Below the pieces are notes generated by a model. That model was not told the DNA's origin. It searched no databases and worked only from the letters and a program-made list of their open reading frames with translations. A stretch of 64,000 nt of DNA from Mobula hypostoma (lineage: Eukaryota). The stretch covers positions 21,640,001 through 21,704,000 of the forward strand of contig NC_086109.1 of assembly GCF_963921235.1 (NCBI RefSeq). Reading direction: 5' to 3'. Positions 11,445 to 23,390 of this stretch are shown here, piece by piece. The position numbers were made by a program, and so were the translations under genes. How positions within the stretch are numbered: position 1 is the stretch's first letter; the number at the start of each line of letters is the position of its first letter.

Positions 11445-11699
11445 CACCTCTTCCTAGAGATGCTGCCTGGCCTGCTGCGTTCACCAGCAACTTTTATGTT
11501 TGTTGCTTGAATTTCCAGCATCTGCAGAATTCCTGTTGTAAACATCACCAGTGTTTTCTATCCCCTGTACTTTCTTAGTTACATCCAAACCAATTCTACC
11601 TTTTGATTTTCTAAGTCAAGATCCTTTCCTTAGCTGCTTTTAACCTGTCAAATATTATCATGGCTATTTTTTCATTTTGCCTATCACCTCTAAAAGTTA

Positions 11700-11892
11700 T
11701 AGAAGCTGAAGATGCTGGAAACACTCAGATGGCCAGACAGCATCCATGGAAAGATAAGTATTTAGCATTTAACAAGATCTTTCACTGACCTGAAATGCTA
11801 CATGTTATTCCTTGCAGATTCTGCATAACTGCTGAGATTATCCCCGACATTTTCCATTTTGATTAGAGATTCCCGGCATCTGCAGATTTTTT
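11700..11892. mobile_element. Old, decayed fold-back pLTR mini-element
   Basis: gaagatgctggaa...cagcatccatgg mirrored by ctgctgagatt...cccggcatctgcagatt. Confidence 0.45.
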
Positions 11893-12610
11893 TCTGTACG
11901 TTAAGCATTGTGGCCTTAGCCCTCTGTAATGGCAATTAGATTATTTCTATTTATTACTATTGACACTATTAACTTGTCTATCTTGTTGCTATTACTGACT
12001 TTGAATTTAGATTTTGGGTTTCTACCCTTTCTGCTTTATCTTACTCTTACTGCTGGCATATATTTGCTTGTGTGAACTGTCAATGCATTACACAATCAGG
12101 AAATTATCATTCCTTTGATTATTTCACATTATTGCCTTATTCTCTCTTTTCAACTTCCTAAATTTTCCTTCACCAAAACCCATCGCCCCACTTCACCACC
12201 AAACACTGATGTCAGCCTCATCCCAACTCCAAACCACACCCACCACACAATTTCATTTAAAATGTATTTACAACCCTAGTTATTCAATGCACCAGGACTC
12301 TGATCCAAACCTGATTGGAGTGAATTGTGTTTCAACAGAACCTCTTTCCCCAATTCTAGTGCCAGTGTCCCATTATTTGAAATCCATTTCTCCCTTACCA
12401 TCTTTGAGCAGCATATAAATCTCAGGCCAATTTGCATTTGGTTCAGTTAGTAATCCAGACATAGAGGTTAATAATGGTTCTGCTTTTACTTTGGACTCTA
12501 ACTGCTCATACGTTTCTGTCTATGTCTTTGGTTGGTTGGTTGGTAAGGAGATTAAGGGTTGCGGAGAGAAGGTGGGAGAGTGGGGCTGGAAAAAAATCAA
12601 CCATAATTAA

Positions 12611-12770
12611 ATACAAGATATTCTGCAGATGCTGGAAATCCAGAGTAACACACAAAAAATGCTGGAGGCAGCATCTGTGGAGAAGAATAAACAGTCAAAG
12701 TTTCAAGCCGAGACCCTTCTTCTTCAGACCTGATTTACTGAGTTGCTCTGGCATTTTGAGTGTGTGTTGG
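12611..12770. mobile_element. Fold-back pLTR mini-element inserted in a CR1 3' UTR (~12560-12840)
   Basis: Tail plus degenerate minus-strand hammerhead, then an inverted short arm; TSD ccataattaa (12601-12610)/ccatgattaa (12771-12780). Confidence 0.7.
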
Positions 12771-14402
12771 CCATGATTAAGTAGCAGAGCAGACTCAGTG
12801 AGTTAAAAGGCCTAATTCTGCTCCTATGTCTTATTGTTCCTACACAGGCCAAAGCAGCTACATCTTTCCCCTCCAATACACACATTTCTCTTTAGCTCTG
12901 GAGAGATGTTTTTACCCTGGCACTGGGCAGATAACATTGCCTTCGGCCCTGAACCAGGTGCAAAGAATGCTATCTATCCCCCTACCTAAGCCACTCTATC
13001 CCTACAACATTCTTTCACTCCCCCATTGGGAATGGTACTCTGATGTATGATCCACACTCGTTTCGCTCATCCTCACTGCAGACCACACTGACCACAAGAA
13101 TTTCACACATCTTGGACAAATGCAAGGATGAAGGCTTCTCCAAAGCTACTCTTTGGAACCCCAGACCAATTTCACTCATAAACACCTTCATGGCTGATTT
13201 CTAGTTTAAGATGACGCTACTGAAGGCAGGCGACAGCTTACTGGTAGTTTGAAAGCAAAGAAATTTGGCTAAAGATATGACTAATAACACTTTTTTTGAA
13301 GTAAATTGTGGTGATCTATCAGTGCAAACAATGAAGAAGCGAGTGAAGGCAAAGCAAATTTGAGAGATGAGCGTGCTGGTGCGCTGCACAATCGACACAG
13401 ATGGAGTTGGAGTGAGCAATTTCAAGGGAGATAGTCGAGGCAGAGGGGTTTTCATACCCATCCAACTAACTCGGGTGCAAGGTTAGATCATTCAAAGTGC
13501 CGAGCGTTTGAGAATGGCTCCTTCAGCAGCAAAATCTAGGCCCAAAGTGAATCACTGGACAATGTGTTCTAGGCCTGGAGAGGTTCGCTGTGGTGGAGCC
13601 TGGGTCCTAATACAAGGTATGATCAGCTGCTTAGACAATTTAAACACCGGCCCAGATAGACTGGAAAAGCAGGATGCCGCGAGTCGGGCCAATTTCACTT
13701 GCTCTCCCGTGATGCTCACTCCTCTCTCTGTGCCATTGAGGGTGTGAGACAGCCCCTAGCTGCTGTGCTTCATGTCTACGATTTTCCCCATTAATATGAA
13801 GAACTGAATATCGAGGCTTTGGACCTACTCCAGACTGCTTTGGGGATTTGGGTCTAAGGACTCAATGTGGTTCAGAATGCTTGCTTCTATTGTTTGCGTG
13901 ATTTCTTTACTTTTCTCCTTCTCATGGGGGTTGGTCTTTATTTTTTTTAATTGGGTTCTTTTGGGTTTCTTGCTTTGTGGCTGCCTGTAAGCAGACACAT
14001 TTCTAGGTTGTATAATTTATACATTCTTTCATTATGAATGTACCTTGAATCTTTGATCAATTCTGCAGTGTAGAATGGTGACTGTTTCTGGGAATAAAGT
14101 ATCCAGTGACATTCCTCCTTCCTGATGCATTGTAATATCGGAATCACGGACTCCAGCTCATCAGCAGCGAGCTAGTGCCTAGTGCTGTAGACATTTACTA
14201 TAGAAATGGTCACGAATAATCTCAGTGATTGCATGAACTCATCATACTTCAGTTACAACACATCACCTGTCCTGCCATGCTTGTTTCCATTTAATTTACT
14301 TATTTAATTAGATAAAAAGTTATCAACTGGCAACTTGCACCTGTTAATTACAATTCTGCTTCATCAGTAATCTCATTATAAGGGAACGGTTTCAGTTAAA
14401 TA

Positions 14403-14954
14403 TACACTAACTGGCCACTTCACTAGGTACACTTGAACACCTGCTCATTAATGCAAATATCTAATCCGCCAATCATGTGGCAGCAGCTCAATGCATAAAA
14501 GGATGCAGACATGATCAAGAGGTTCAGTTGTTGCTCGGACCAAACATCAGAATGAGGAAGAAGTGTGATCTAAGTGACTTCAACTGTGGAATGATTATTG
14601 GTGCCAGATGGGGTGGTTTGAGTATCTCATAAACTGCTAATCTCCTGGGACTTTCACGCACAACGGTCTTTAGAGTATACAGAAAACAGTGGGCAAAACA
14701 AAAAATATCCAGGGAGCAACAATACTGTGGGTGTAAATGCCTTGCTAATGAGAGAGGTCAGAGGAGAATGGCCAGACTGCTTCAAGCTGACAGGAAGGTG
14801 ACAGTAACTCAAATAACCACGCGTTACAAACAGTGGTGTGCAGAACAGCATCTCTGAATGCACAACATGTCGAGCCTTGAAGTAAATAGGCTACAGCAGC
14901 AGAAAGCCACACCGGGTTCCACTCCTGTACTGACAAAAGTGGCCACTGAGTGTT
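14403..14954 (+). mobile_element. Non-autonomous Tc1-like DNA transposon
   Basis: TIRs tacactaactggccactt / aagtggccactgagtgt; from 14552 a degraded transposase HTH MRKKCDLSDFNCGMIIGARWGGLSIS*TANLLGLSRTTVFRVYRK. Confidence 0.8.
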
Positions 14955-15179
14955 TATTCTCATAATGTTTCTCTTTAGATTTTCAAGCATATTACTTTCC
15001 AGAAAGTGCTACAGATAAAGAATATTGCAGACATATCTCTTCATTTCCTAAGGAAGAATCCACGACAGATTGTGAAGATGCACAGGCTGTTGAAACAACA
15101 TGGCTTCCATTTGTCAAATCTATTTGTAGGAAACAAATAAAAATTGAACAAATGAGTAAATCATCTCTTAAAACCTTGG

Positions 15180-15542
15180 GACATCTCAAAGCACTTTGTA
15201 ACCGATAAAGTATTTCTAGAATGTTGCTTCTGTCATTTCTTTAAAACACAGCAGGGCCAGAACCTACAATAAGCAAAATGACACAGCAAAATAATATGTG
15301 TATTATTTCAAATATTGCCTGAGGGTTTAATATTGGGAAGGATGAAATAGAAGTACGGGATATTTTAGATGTAGCTGAGATGATGGACAGGGATTCAACT
15401 TAAACTACTGTCCAGATGTGACACGCTCACACACTGCCACATTGGGAGTGTCAGGTCTCTGGAATGGGACATAAACCCACAGCTTTTAGCCTTTGAGCAA
15501 TAGACCCGCAGAGCCAATGTGACCTGCAGAGCCACAGCTGAA
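15180..15542 (-). mobile_element. Deu-domain SINE, highly diverged
   Basis: gcctgagggtttaatattgg...gggagtgtcagg tctctggaatgggacataaacccac...gagccacagctga, same word order as the 1985-4825 copy. Confidence 0.5.
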
Positions 15543-16139
15543 GTTAATTGAATTAACACAAGCCCCCTTAGCTAAACAGCCCTAGGTTCTGTTGGCAAGG
15601 TGCATTTTCTTATTTTTCTGAGTTTATTTTCAACGCTCTCGCATCCTTGAAGGAGAAAGCTCTCACTTTAGTTCATCAGCAGCTCCAAAAGCTATTGGCC
15701 CCATCTACGAAGAATTTCATTATAATCCAATTTCAGTATATTTTAAATGGAAAATAGATTGGTGCTAATTGGTGTAATTTGATTATGAATCTAAGTACAT
15801 TTACTGTAGCAACAATCTACAAGGGTTAATTGAGGGCTCACAGCGCCTATGCATGCTGTAATTAAGTATTTCACAATCGTCTCTATGCTTTTTAAGTAAA
15901 TGAAATCTCCACAGAGGAAGGTGCAAAGGAAGAGTTATAAAAAGGCAGCAAAGGAGAACAGTTCTCAGAAGAATTATCTGCTGCTGTTCTTAACAAACTT
16001 GTCTCTTATGATCTATGGAATCTGGTATTTGAATTTGATGCTTCCAGACTGATAGGAAAAGCAAAGTGCAGGCTTCTGGCTTCTAATAAACAATTGATAC
16101 TGGTCAGTGTGGTTATGCCTTGTGGATTAACGTAACATT

Positions 16140-17945
16140 ATCATCTCCTCAGTACTAATCACCAAGCTTCAAAACCTGGGCCTCTGTACCTTCCTTGGCA
16201 ACTGGAACTTTGACCTTCTTATTGAGAGACCACAATGCAGACTGGTAGTAACGTTTCTTACTGACTGACAGTCAATCAACACAGTGTACCTTAAGGATGT
16301 ATGCTTATTCTCTTGACACTCATGACGGTGCGGCCAAGCACAACGCAAATACCATCTCTAAATTCGCAGGTGACTCTGCTGTTGTTGGTGGAATCTCAGA
16401 TGGTGACAGGAGTGAGACGGTGCCATAACATCGACTTTGCACTCAACATCAGCAAGGTCAAGGAATTGATTGTGGACTTCTGAGAAGGGAACTAGGGTGA
16501 GGACACACCAGTGCTCGTTGAAGGGGCGGTGGTAGAAATGGTGAGCAGCTTCCTGGAAATCAGCATCTCAGTGGGCACAACACATTGATGTAATCATGAA
16601 GAGGACAAGCCAGCAACACTATTACATGTGAGTTGGCTAAGATTTGGTAGGTCACCAAAGACCAATGTTCCCTAAAAGGTGTGTGCGTGTGCTTGTGCAC
16701 TCTTCGTTTTCTACCAGCAAACAAAGGAATTTAAATGTTGTCACCCTCTACCTCGCTGGTATGTTGAGTATATTTCACGATCATACATTTCCTTTTCTGC
16801 TTTCTGACCCGGATGGCATTGACAACATGGAGTTTGCAATGATTTGTCTGCAGATTTTAGAACTGGCTTATTTATACTGTTTTTATTGAAGAAATTATTG
16901 ACTCTATGTCGAATTCCAAAGAAGCAAAGAGCGTGAAGCACAAAAGAATCACTAGTTTATTTCAAGCAGAACAGCTTAATGAAACGGTGGAAACTGTGAC
17001 ACCAAAAGCTCATGATGTTAGAAACCTGCAGTTATGTGAAATATTTATGTACAATACAGAAACTGGTGTTATCTGCATGGATTATTGCAATGCAAAAGTT
17101 GCTGGAGAATTTGCAAGTGGGAAAAAGTGGAGTGATATTTGGAAACTTTACTTTTTAAAGCATCATTTAGCAAGCAGGTCACTTATGGACGATGTGCAAA
17201 AGCTCCAGGGAGAAAATCCTTCACAACCCGCTACATGTCTGCTATGTATGTTTTGTGAGCGTGCAGATGGTCGAGAGTGAAAATGATCAAACCCAGAGGA
17301 GATCAAAGTTCTTATTGACAGTTATTTTATTTCTTTTAAACAATGAACAACAAACTGGACTTGGTAGTTTACTATCCTTAGAATAGCTTCAGATTTAATT
17401 CCACTTAAAAATTCAGTGCGCACACGTTGTCGCTGAGCAAAAAACTGCACAGCACAAGATTCTTGTGCACATTGGTCATTACAAATTAGAAGGAGCATTG
17501 CCAAAGACTCTTGCAAATTGCTAGAGTGGAGAGCATTCTGACTGGTCGTATCATTGCCCGATGTGGAGACTCCAATTGCAGAGGATCATAAGCGGCTGCA
17601 GACTCAGCCAGCTCCCTCACGGGAACAACACTCCACACCATCGAGGACATCTTCAAAACGCACTGCTGCAAGAAAGCACCATTAATCATGAAGAACCCTC
17701 ACCATACATGAGGTGGCCTCTCCTCATTACTGTCATCACTCCTGCAGTCGCAGGAGCCTGAAGAATCAAACTCAGTGATTCAGAAGCAGCTTCGTCCCCT
17801 CCACCAGCAGGTTTCTGGAGAGTCCACAAACCCATGAACACGACCTCGTTCTTCCTTCCTGCACTGTTTTATTTTGTAACTTATAGTAATTTCACCACTA
17901 CAAACCAACAAATCTCGACTCATATATATCAGTGTTAATAATAGC
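16140..17945 (+). mobile_element. Degraded Rex1/Babar LINE interrupted by a hAT element
   Basis: ALNISKVKELIVDF; RFGRSPK|TLAN is restored when 16663-17508 is removed. Confidence 0.7.
16663..17500 (+). mobile_element. Internally deleted hAT-superfamily DNA transposon
   Basis: Perfect 8-bp TSD ccaaagac (16655-16662, 17501-17508); imperfect TIRs caatgttccct / aggagcattg; ORF 16906-17280 resembles a transposase N-terminal zinc finger. Confidence 0.85.
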
Positions 17946-18059
17946 TTATGAAACCTTAAAGCTCATCCTAAATAGTGCAAAATTGAGATTTAAATAACTA
18001 ATTATTTTAACATGACTAAATATATGGGGGATGCCTAATCTGACAGACCTGCTGCTGTT

Positions 18060-18753
18060 CAGACTGGGCCAGATCTCGTACAACTATATAGAGATGTACA
18101 GTGGAGAGCATTCTGACTGGTTGCATCATAATCTGGTGTGGAGGCTCGAATGTACAACATCACAAGATGCCTCAGAGGGTTGTCCAGCTCCATCACTGGC
18201 CCAACCCTCCCAACCATTGACTTCAACTCCAAGAGATGGTGCTGCAGGAAGGTGACGTCTATCATTAAGGACTCTTACCAACAGAGATGTGCCACCTTCT
18301 CACTTCTACAAGGGGTACAGGAGCCTGAAGACCCTCACTCAACAGTTCAGAAACAGCTTCTTCCCCTCCACCATCAGATTTCTGAACAGTTCATGAACCA
18401 TGAATTTGTTACTCCTCTTTTGCATTATTTCTGTATTTCTATAATTTAGAACACGGGTGGCACAGTAGCATGGTGGTTAGCTCAATGCTCTACAGTACAG
18501 GTGACCTGGGTTCAGTTCTCACGAGTGCCTGTAAGGAGTTTGTATGTTCATGGAGAAAAATGCAGGACTATGTGGGAAGAACGGGTCCGATTGAATTAGG
18601 AGTAGTTTAAAAGATCAGCACAACATTGAGGGCTGAAGGGCCTGTATTGTGCTGTATTGTTCTGTGTTCTATGACAACTTTATGCCCCTCTAATGTACTG
18701 CTGTCACAAAACAACACATTTCATATAACCTAAGTCAGTAATAATAAATCTGA
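18060..18753 (+). mobile_element. Rex1/Babar 3' fragment containing a SINE (~18455-18672); its (ATTCTG)n tail is displaced to 20367-20385
   Basis: RCTVESILTGCI-like coding remnant; tggcacagtagc...gggttcagtt A/B-box head; the 3' UTR aataaatctga continues after the Penelope insertion. Confidence 0.65.
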
Positions 18754-20353
18754 AACGAGAGAATCTGCAGATGCTGGAAATCCAAGCAACACACACAAAA
18801 TGCTGGAGGAACTCAGCAGGTCAGGCAACATCTGTGGAAAAAAGTACAGTTGACATTTCAGGCTGAAACCCTTTGGCAGGACTGGAGAAAAGAACTGAAG
18901 AGTAGATTTAATAGGAGAGTGGGGATAGAGAGAAAACCACCAGATGATAGGTGAAACATAGAGGGGGTGGGATGAAGTAAAGAACTGGGAAGTTGATTGG
19001 TGAGATGAGGTAAGAGAGGGAAAAGAGGATGGGAAATGGAGGGGGGGTGGGGTTGGGGGCATTACCGGAAGTTTGAGAAATCGATGTTCGTGCCATCAGG
19101 TTGGAGGCTACCCAAATGGAATGTAAGATGTTGTTCCTCCAACCTAAGTGTGACCTCATCACGACAGTGGAGGAGGCCATGGATGGACATATCGGAATGG
19201 GAATGGGAAGTGGAATTAAAATGGATGGCCACTGGGAGATCCCACTTGTTCTGGTGGACAGAGCATAGATGCTCGGTGAAGCGGTCTCCCAATCCACGTC
19301 GGGTCTCGCCAAAGTACAGGAGGCCACACCGGGAGCACTGAACACAGTAAGTGACCCCAATAGACTCACAGGTGAAGTGTCGCCTTACCTGGAAGGACTG
19401 ATTAGGGCCCGGGATAATGTCCATCTTTCCCTTCCCCCACCTTCTGCTTTCTGAGTCCTGACGAAGGGTCTCGGCCCGAAACATCGACTGTACCTCTTCC
19501 TAGAGAAGCTGCCTGGCCTGCTGCGTTCACCAGCAACTTTGATGTGTGTTGCTTGAATTTCCAGTATCTGCAGAATTCCTCGCATTTCTGCTTCTGCTGG
19601 GTTCGCTCCCTACGCGATTCCCTTGTCCATTTGTCCTTCCCTACAAGTCTCCCTCCTGGCACTTATCCTTGCATGCGGAACGAGTGCTACAACTGCCCCT
19701 ACACTTCTTCCCTCACTACCATCCATGGTCCTAAACAGTCCTTACAGGTGTGGCGACACTTCACCTGTGAGTCTGTTGAGGTTTTTTACTGTGTTCGGTG
19801 CTCCTGGTATGGCCTCCTATACATCAGTGATACCCAACGTAAATTGGGAGAACTCTTCACCAGGCATCTACACACCGTCTGCCAGAACAACCAGGATCTC
19901 CCAGTGCCACCCATTTTAATTCAACTTCCCATTTCCATTCTGATATGTCCATCCATGGCCTCCTCCACTGTCGTGATGAGACCACACTTAGGTTGAAGAA
20001 ACAATACCTTACATTCCGTTTGGGTAGCCTCCAAACTGATGGCATGAACCATCTATTTCTCAAACTTCCAGTAATGCCCCACAATTCCACCCCTTCCCTC
20101 CATTTGCCTTCCTCTTTTCCCTCTCTTACCTCATCTAACCAATCAACTTCCCAGTTCTTTACTTCATCCCTCCCCCTCCAGGTTTCACCTATCTCCTGGT
20201 AGGTCTCTCTCCCTTCCCCCACCTTTAAAATCTACTCTGCTTTTTTCTCTCCGGTCCTGCCAAAGGCTTCGGCCCAAAACATCTACTGTGCTTTTTTCCA
20301 TCGATGCTGCCTGGCCTGCTGAGTTCCTGCAGCATTTTGTGTGTGTTGCTCTG
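18754..20353. mobile_element. Large inverted-repeat Penelope-like insertion (minus arm 18754-19412, plus arm ~19420-20353)
   Basis: Both arms carry GIY-YIG remnants (ORFs 19062-19484 minus, 19544-19996 plus) and pLTRs; 13-bp TSD ataataaatctga (18741-18753, 20354-20366). Confidence 0.88.
19454..19585 (+). mobile_element. Solo hammerhead-plus-tail unit of the young subfamily nested in the older Penelope element
   Basis: Begins at agtcCTGACGAagggtctcggcccGAAACatcgactg; near-TSD ttctgctttctg (19442-19453)/ttctgcttctg (19586-19596). Confidence 0.8.
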
Positions 20354-20394
20354 ATAATAAATCTGATTCTGATTCTGATTCTGATGCGACTCAG

Positions 20395-20600
20395 CAAGTG
20401 AACATCCCAACTCCAAAGCCTTGTCTACAAAAATCCAGGTTGATATAGTACTGAGGGAGGGCTTAATCTTGAGACAAGATACTAAACTGAACTCTGAGAT
20501 GGTTGTAAAAGATTCTAGAGTCCTGTTTCAAAGAAAAGCAGGTAAGTACTCCAAACTGTGAAAGCATACTATATATCACTTAATAACATCACCCAAAAAA
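20395..20600 (+). mobile_element. Deu-domain SINE remnant
   Basis: aaaaatccaggttga...gtactgagggag...gtaaaagattc...tttcaaagaaaagcagg. Confidence 0.45.
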
Positions 20601-20875
20601 CTCCTCTTTGTCTTTAGTAACACACATAAAATGCCGGAGGAACTCAACAGGCCAGGCAGCATATGTGGAAATGAATAAGCATTCGTCGTTTCAGGCTGAA
20701 AACCTTCAATAATTCAAAAGTTCCATTTAATACAGAGAATGTATACAATATACAACCTGGAATTCCTGTTCTTCGCAGACATCCAGGAAAACAGAAGAGT
20801 GCCCCAAAGAATGAGTGACAGTTAAAACATTAGAACCCCAAAGCCCCCCATACCCCTCCCATGCACAGCAGCAGA

Positions 20876-23097
20876 TAAAACAAGGAATCAAATAGATTTT
20901 ATTACCATCAATGAACGCTTTAGAAATAATATCATAAATTCTAAAGCCTACCCAGGAGCAGACTGTGGTTCAGATCACCATCCAGTAACAGCTACCATTA
21001 AAACAAAATTAAAGAAACTGAAACGTGGAAAGAAGAGGAAGAAGTATATGTTGGGAGAACTTAAAAATGATAGCATATTTAAGCAACAATTCAAAATAGC
21101 TGTAGAAGAACACCTCAATGAAAACAAAGCAACACCTATTTGGGACAGATTTAAATATGCTATACAGCAATCAGCAGAGGAGATAATCCCAGTACAAGAA
21201 ATCCAACGCACCAACAAGGGGTGAATAACTCAAGAAATTTTAGATCTGATGGACAAAAAAAGTTAGTGAAGAATAATGAAGTGTAATACAGAGAGCTAGA
21301 CAGATGGACCAGACAGTTGTGCAATATTGCAAAGGAAGAATGGCTGAATCAAAATTGCAATGAAGTAGAAGGCCATATTAACGACAGCAAACAAATGCAC
21401 AAGAAAATTAAGGAAATTACTGGAATTAAGAAAACCTCCTCTACAGGATGCATAAGATCAGCAGACGGATCCATACTAACAGTTCCAGATAAAGTATGTG
21501 AGAGGTAGATTCAGTATATAGAACAGCTTTTTGAAGATAATAAAGGGGAACCCCCAGATATTAAACACCCTAATTCTGGCCCACCTATTACCAAAGAAGA
21601 AATAACTAAAGCAATGAAAAGCATGAAACATGGTAAAGCCACTGGACCTGATGAAATTTCAGTGGAACTGATACAATCCCTAGGAGATCTGGGCATAGAT
21701 ATTCTTTTTGAATTGTTTAGTGGCATATATGGGTCTGGTGTGTTACCTGACAATCTCTTGAAATCAGTATTTATAACTCGGCCAAAAACTCCTCAAACTA
21801 TTGACTGCGAAAATTATAGAATAATCAGTCTTATGAGTCATATAATAAAGATTTTGTTGAGAATTGTTCTGAGTCAAATTAAAAACAAGTAAAGACCAGA
21901 AACTTCTAAACTGCAATATGGGTTTATTGAGGATAGAGGAACTAGGAACGCTATTTTCATGCTATGAATGCTTTCAGAAAGGGCAATTGAATATCAAAAT
22001 GATGTCTTTTTATGTTTTATTGATTTCACTAAAGCAGTCAACAAAGTGCAACATGAAAAATTATTTCAAATTCTCGCTAAACTAAACATTGACGGAAGGG
22101 ACCAACAACTGCTTCAAAATTTATATTGGAATCAAACAGCGGCAGTAAAAATTGATGATAATATAAGCAGTTGGACTAAAATTCAAAGAGGAGTTAGACA
22201 GGGATTTGTTGCCTCACTGGAATTATTTAATATCTATAGTGAAATGATTCTCAGAGAAATAGAAGACCTAGATGGGATAAAAATTGGAGGTGTTAACATC
22301 AATAATATAAGATATGCAGACGATACCACCCTAATAGCAAGTGCTGCAGAAGACCTACAAATCCTCCTAGACAAAATAGTACAAACAAGTGCAGATTTTG
22401 GTCTAACCATCAACTGTGGAAAAAATGAAATGTATGGTAATATCAAAACAGCAAGATACTCCCAACTGCCAACTGTATATCGGTAACCAAGAGATTGAAC
22501 AAAAGACCAGCTTTAATTACCTTGGTAGTTTTATATCACAAGATACTAGAAGTAAAGTAGAAATAAACAGAAGAAATGCCATTGCCAAAACCAACTTCCA
22601 AAAATGAAACCCATTTTTACCGACAGACACATTTCTATGACAACAAGCCTTAGGCTACTAAAATGTTACATCTGGTCAATCTTGCTGTATGCTTCCGAAA
22701 CATGGACTATAACACCAGAGCTCCAAAGAAACTTAGAAGCAACAGAAATGTGGTTTCTTAGAAGAATGCTGAAAATATTTTAATAGGGTTGCTAATGAGA
22801 CAGTACTCCAACGTGCCCATACAAAAAGATCTTTAATGAGAACATTAAATGAGAGGAAACTTAAATTCCTGAACATGTCATCAGAAAGGGAGAAATAGAA
22901 TGCCTTACATTACAAGGCCGTATGCCTGGGAAACGTGGTAAAGGAAGGCAAAGAAGAAAATATATGGACACTGTGAAAGAACTAACAGTTGTAAGTGTGC
23001 GAGATATCATTGACACTGCGAGGGATCGTTCAATGTGGAAAACCATGATCGCCCAAGCGTGTAATGCGCAAGGCACATGAAGACGAAGAAGATGATG
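20876..23097 (+). mobile_element. RTE-clade LINE, 5'-truncated, few disablements
   Basis: APE end RNQIDFI...AYPGADCGSDHHPV; GKATGPDEI, NYRIISLMSH, GVRQG, NNIRYADDTTLIA; GKRGKGRQRRKYMD; (GAW)n tail after the stop at 23078-23080. Confidence 0.9.
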
Positions 23098-23390
23098 CTC
23101 TTAGTAATAACACCCGACTAGAACCAGCTCTACTTGCCTACAAATGTCATGATCCCGCTATTATTGCTAAATTATTAGACTGCTTAGTCAAAAATTGCTT
23201 CCAACTAAATGTCAGGAATATTAAACACATTGTCTTTGTTCCATTGTAAATTCTTGTTTCTTTCTGCTTCCTGGCAATATTTGGTGAACCAGATTGCTTG
23301 AAGATGTTATATTCCACCTTGAGATGACCATCTGTGTCTACCTTCATTCATGTCCATGTATCATCATTCAAATTGCTCCTCTCCAACTTA

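Larger units (their letters stand above)
10052..11538 (-). mobile_element. Neptune-type Penelope-like element, 5'-truncated, with inverted pLTR (11268-11538)
   Basis: GIY-YIG ORF on the minus strand; pLTR with hammerhead at both ends in opposite orientation; 10-bp TSD taaacatcac (10042-10051, 11539-11548). Confidence 0.92.

Noticed and set aside
14979..15208. Possible host exon after a good acceptor (tttctctttag) with open frame DFQAYYFPESATDKEYC...
   Set aside because: No recognisable protein motif, weak donor, a second frame is also open, and the 3' part runs into a SINE remnant
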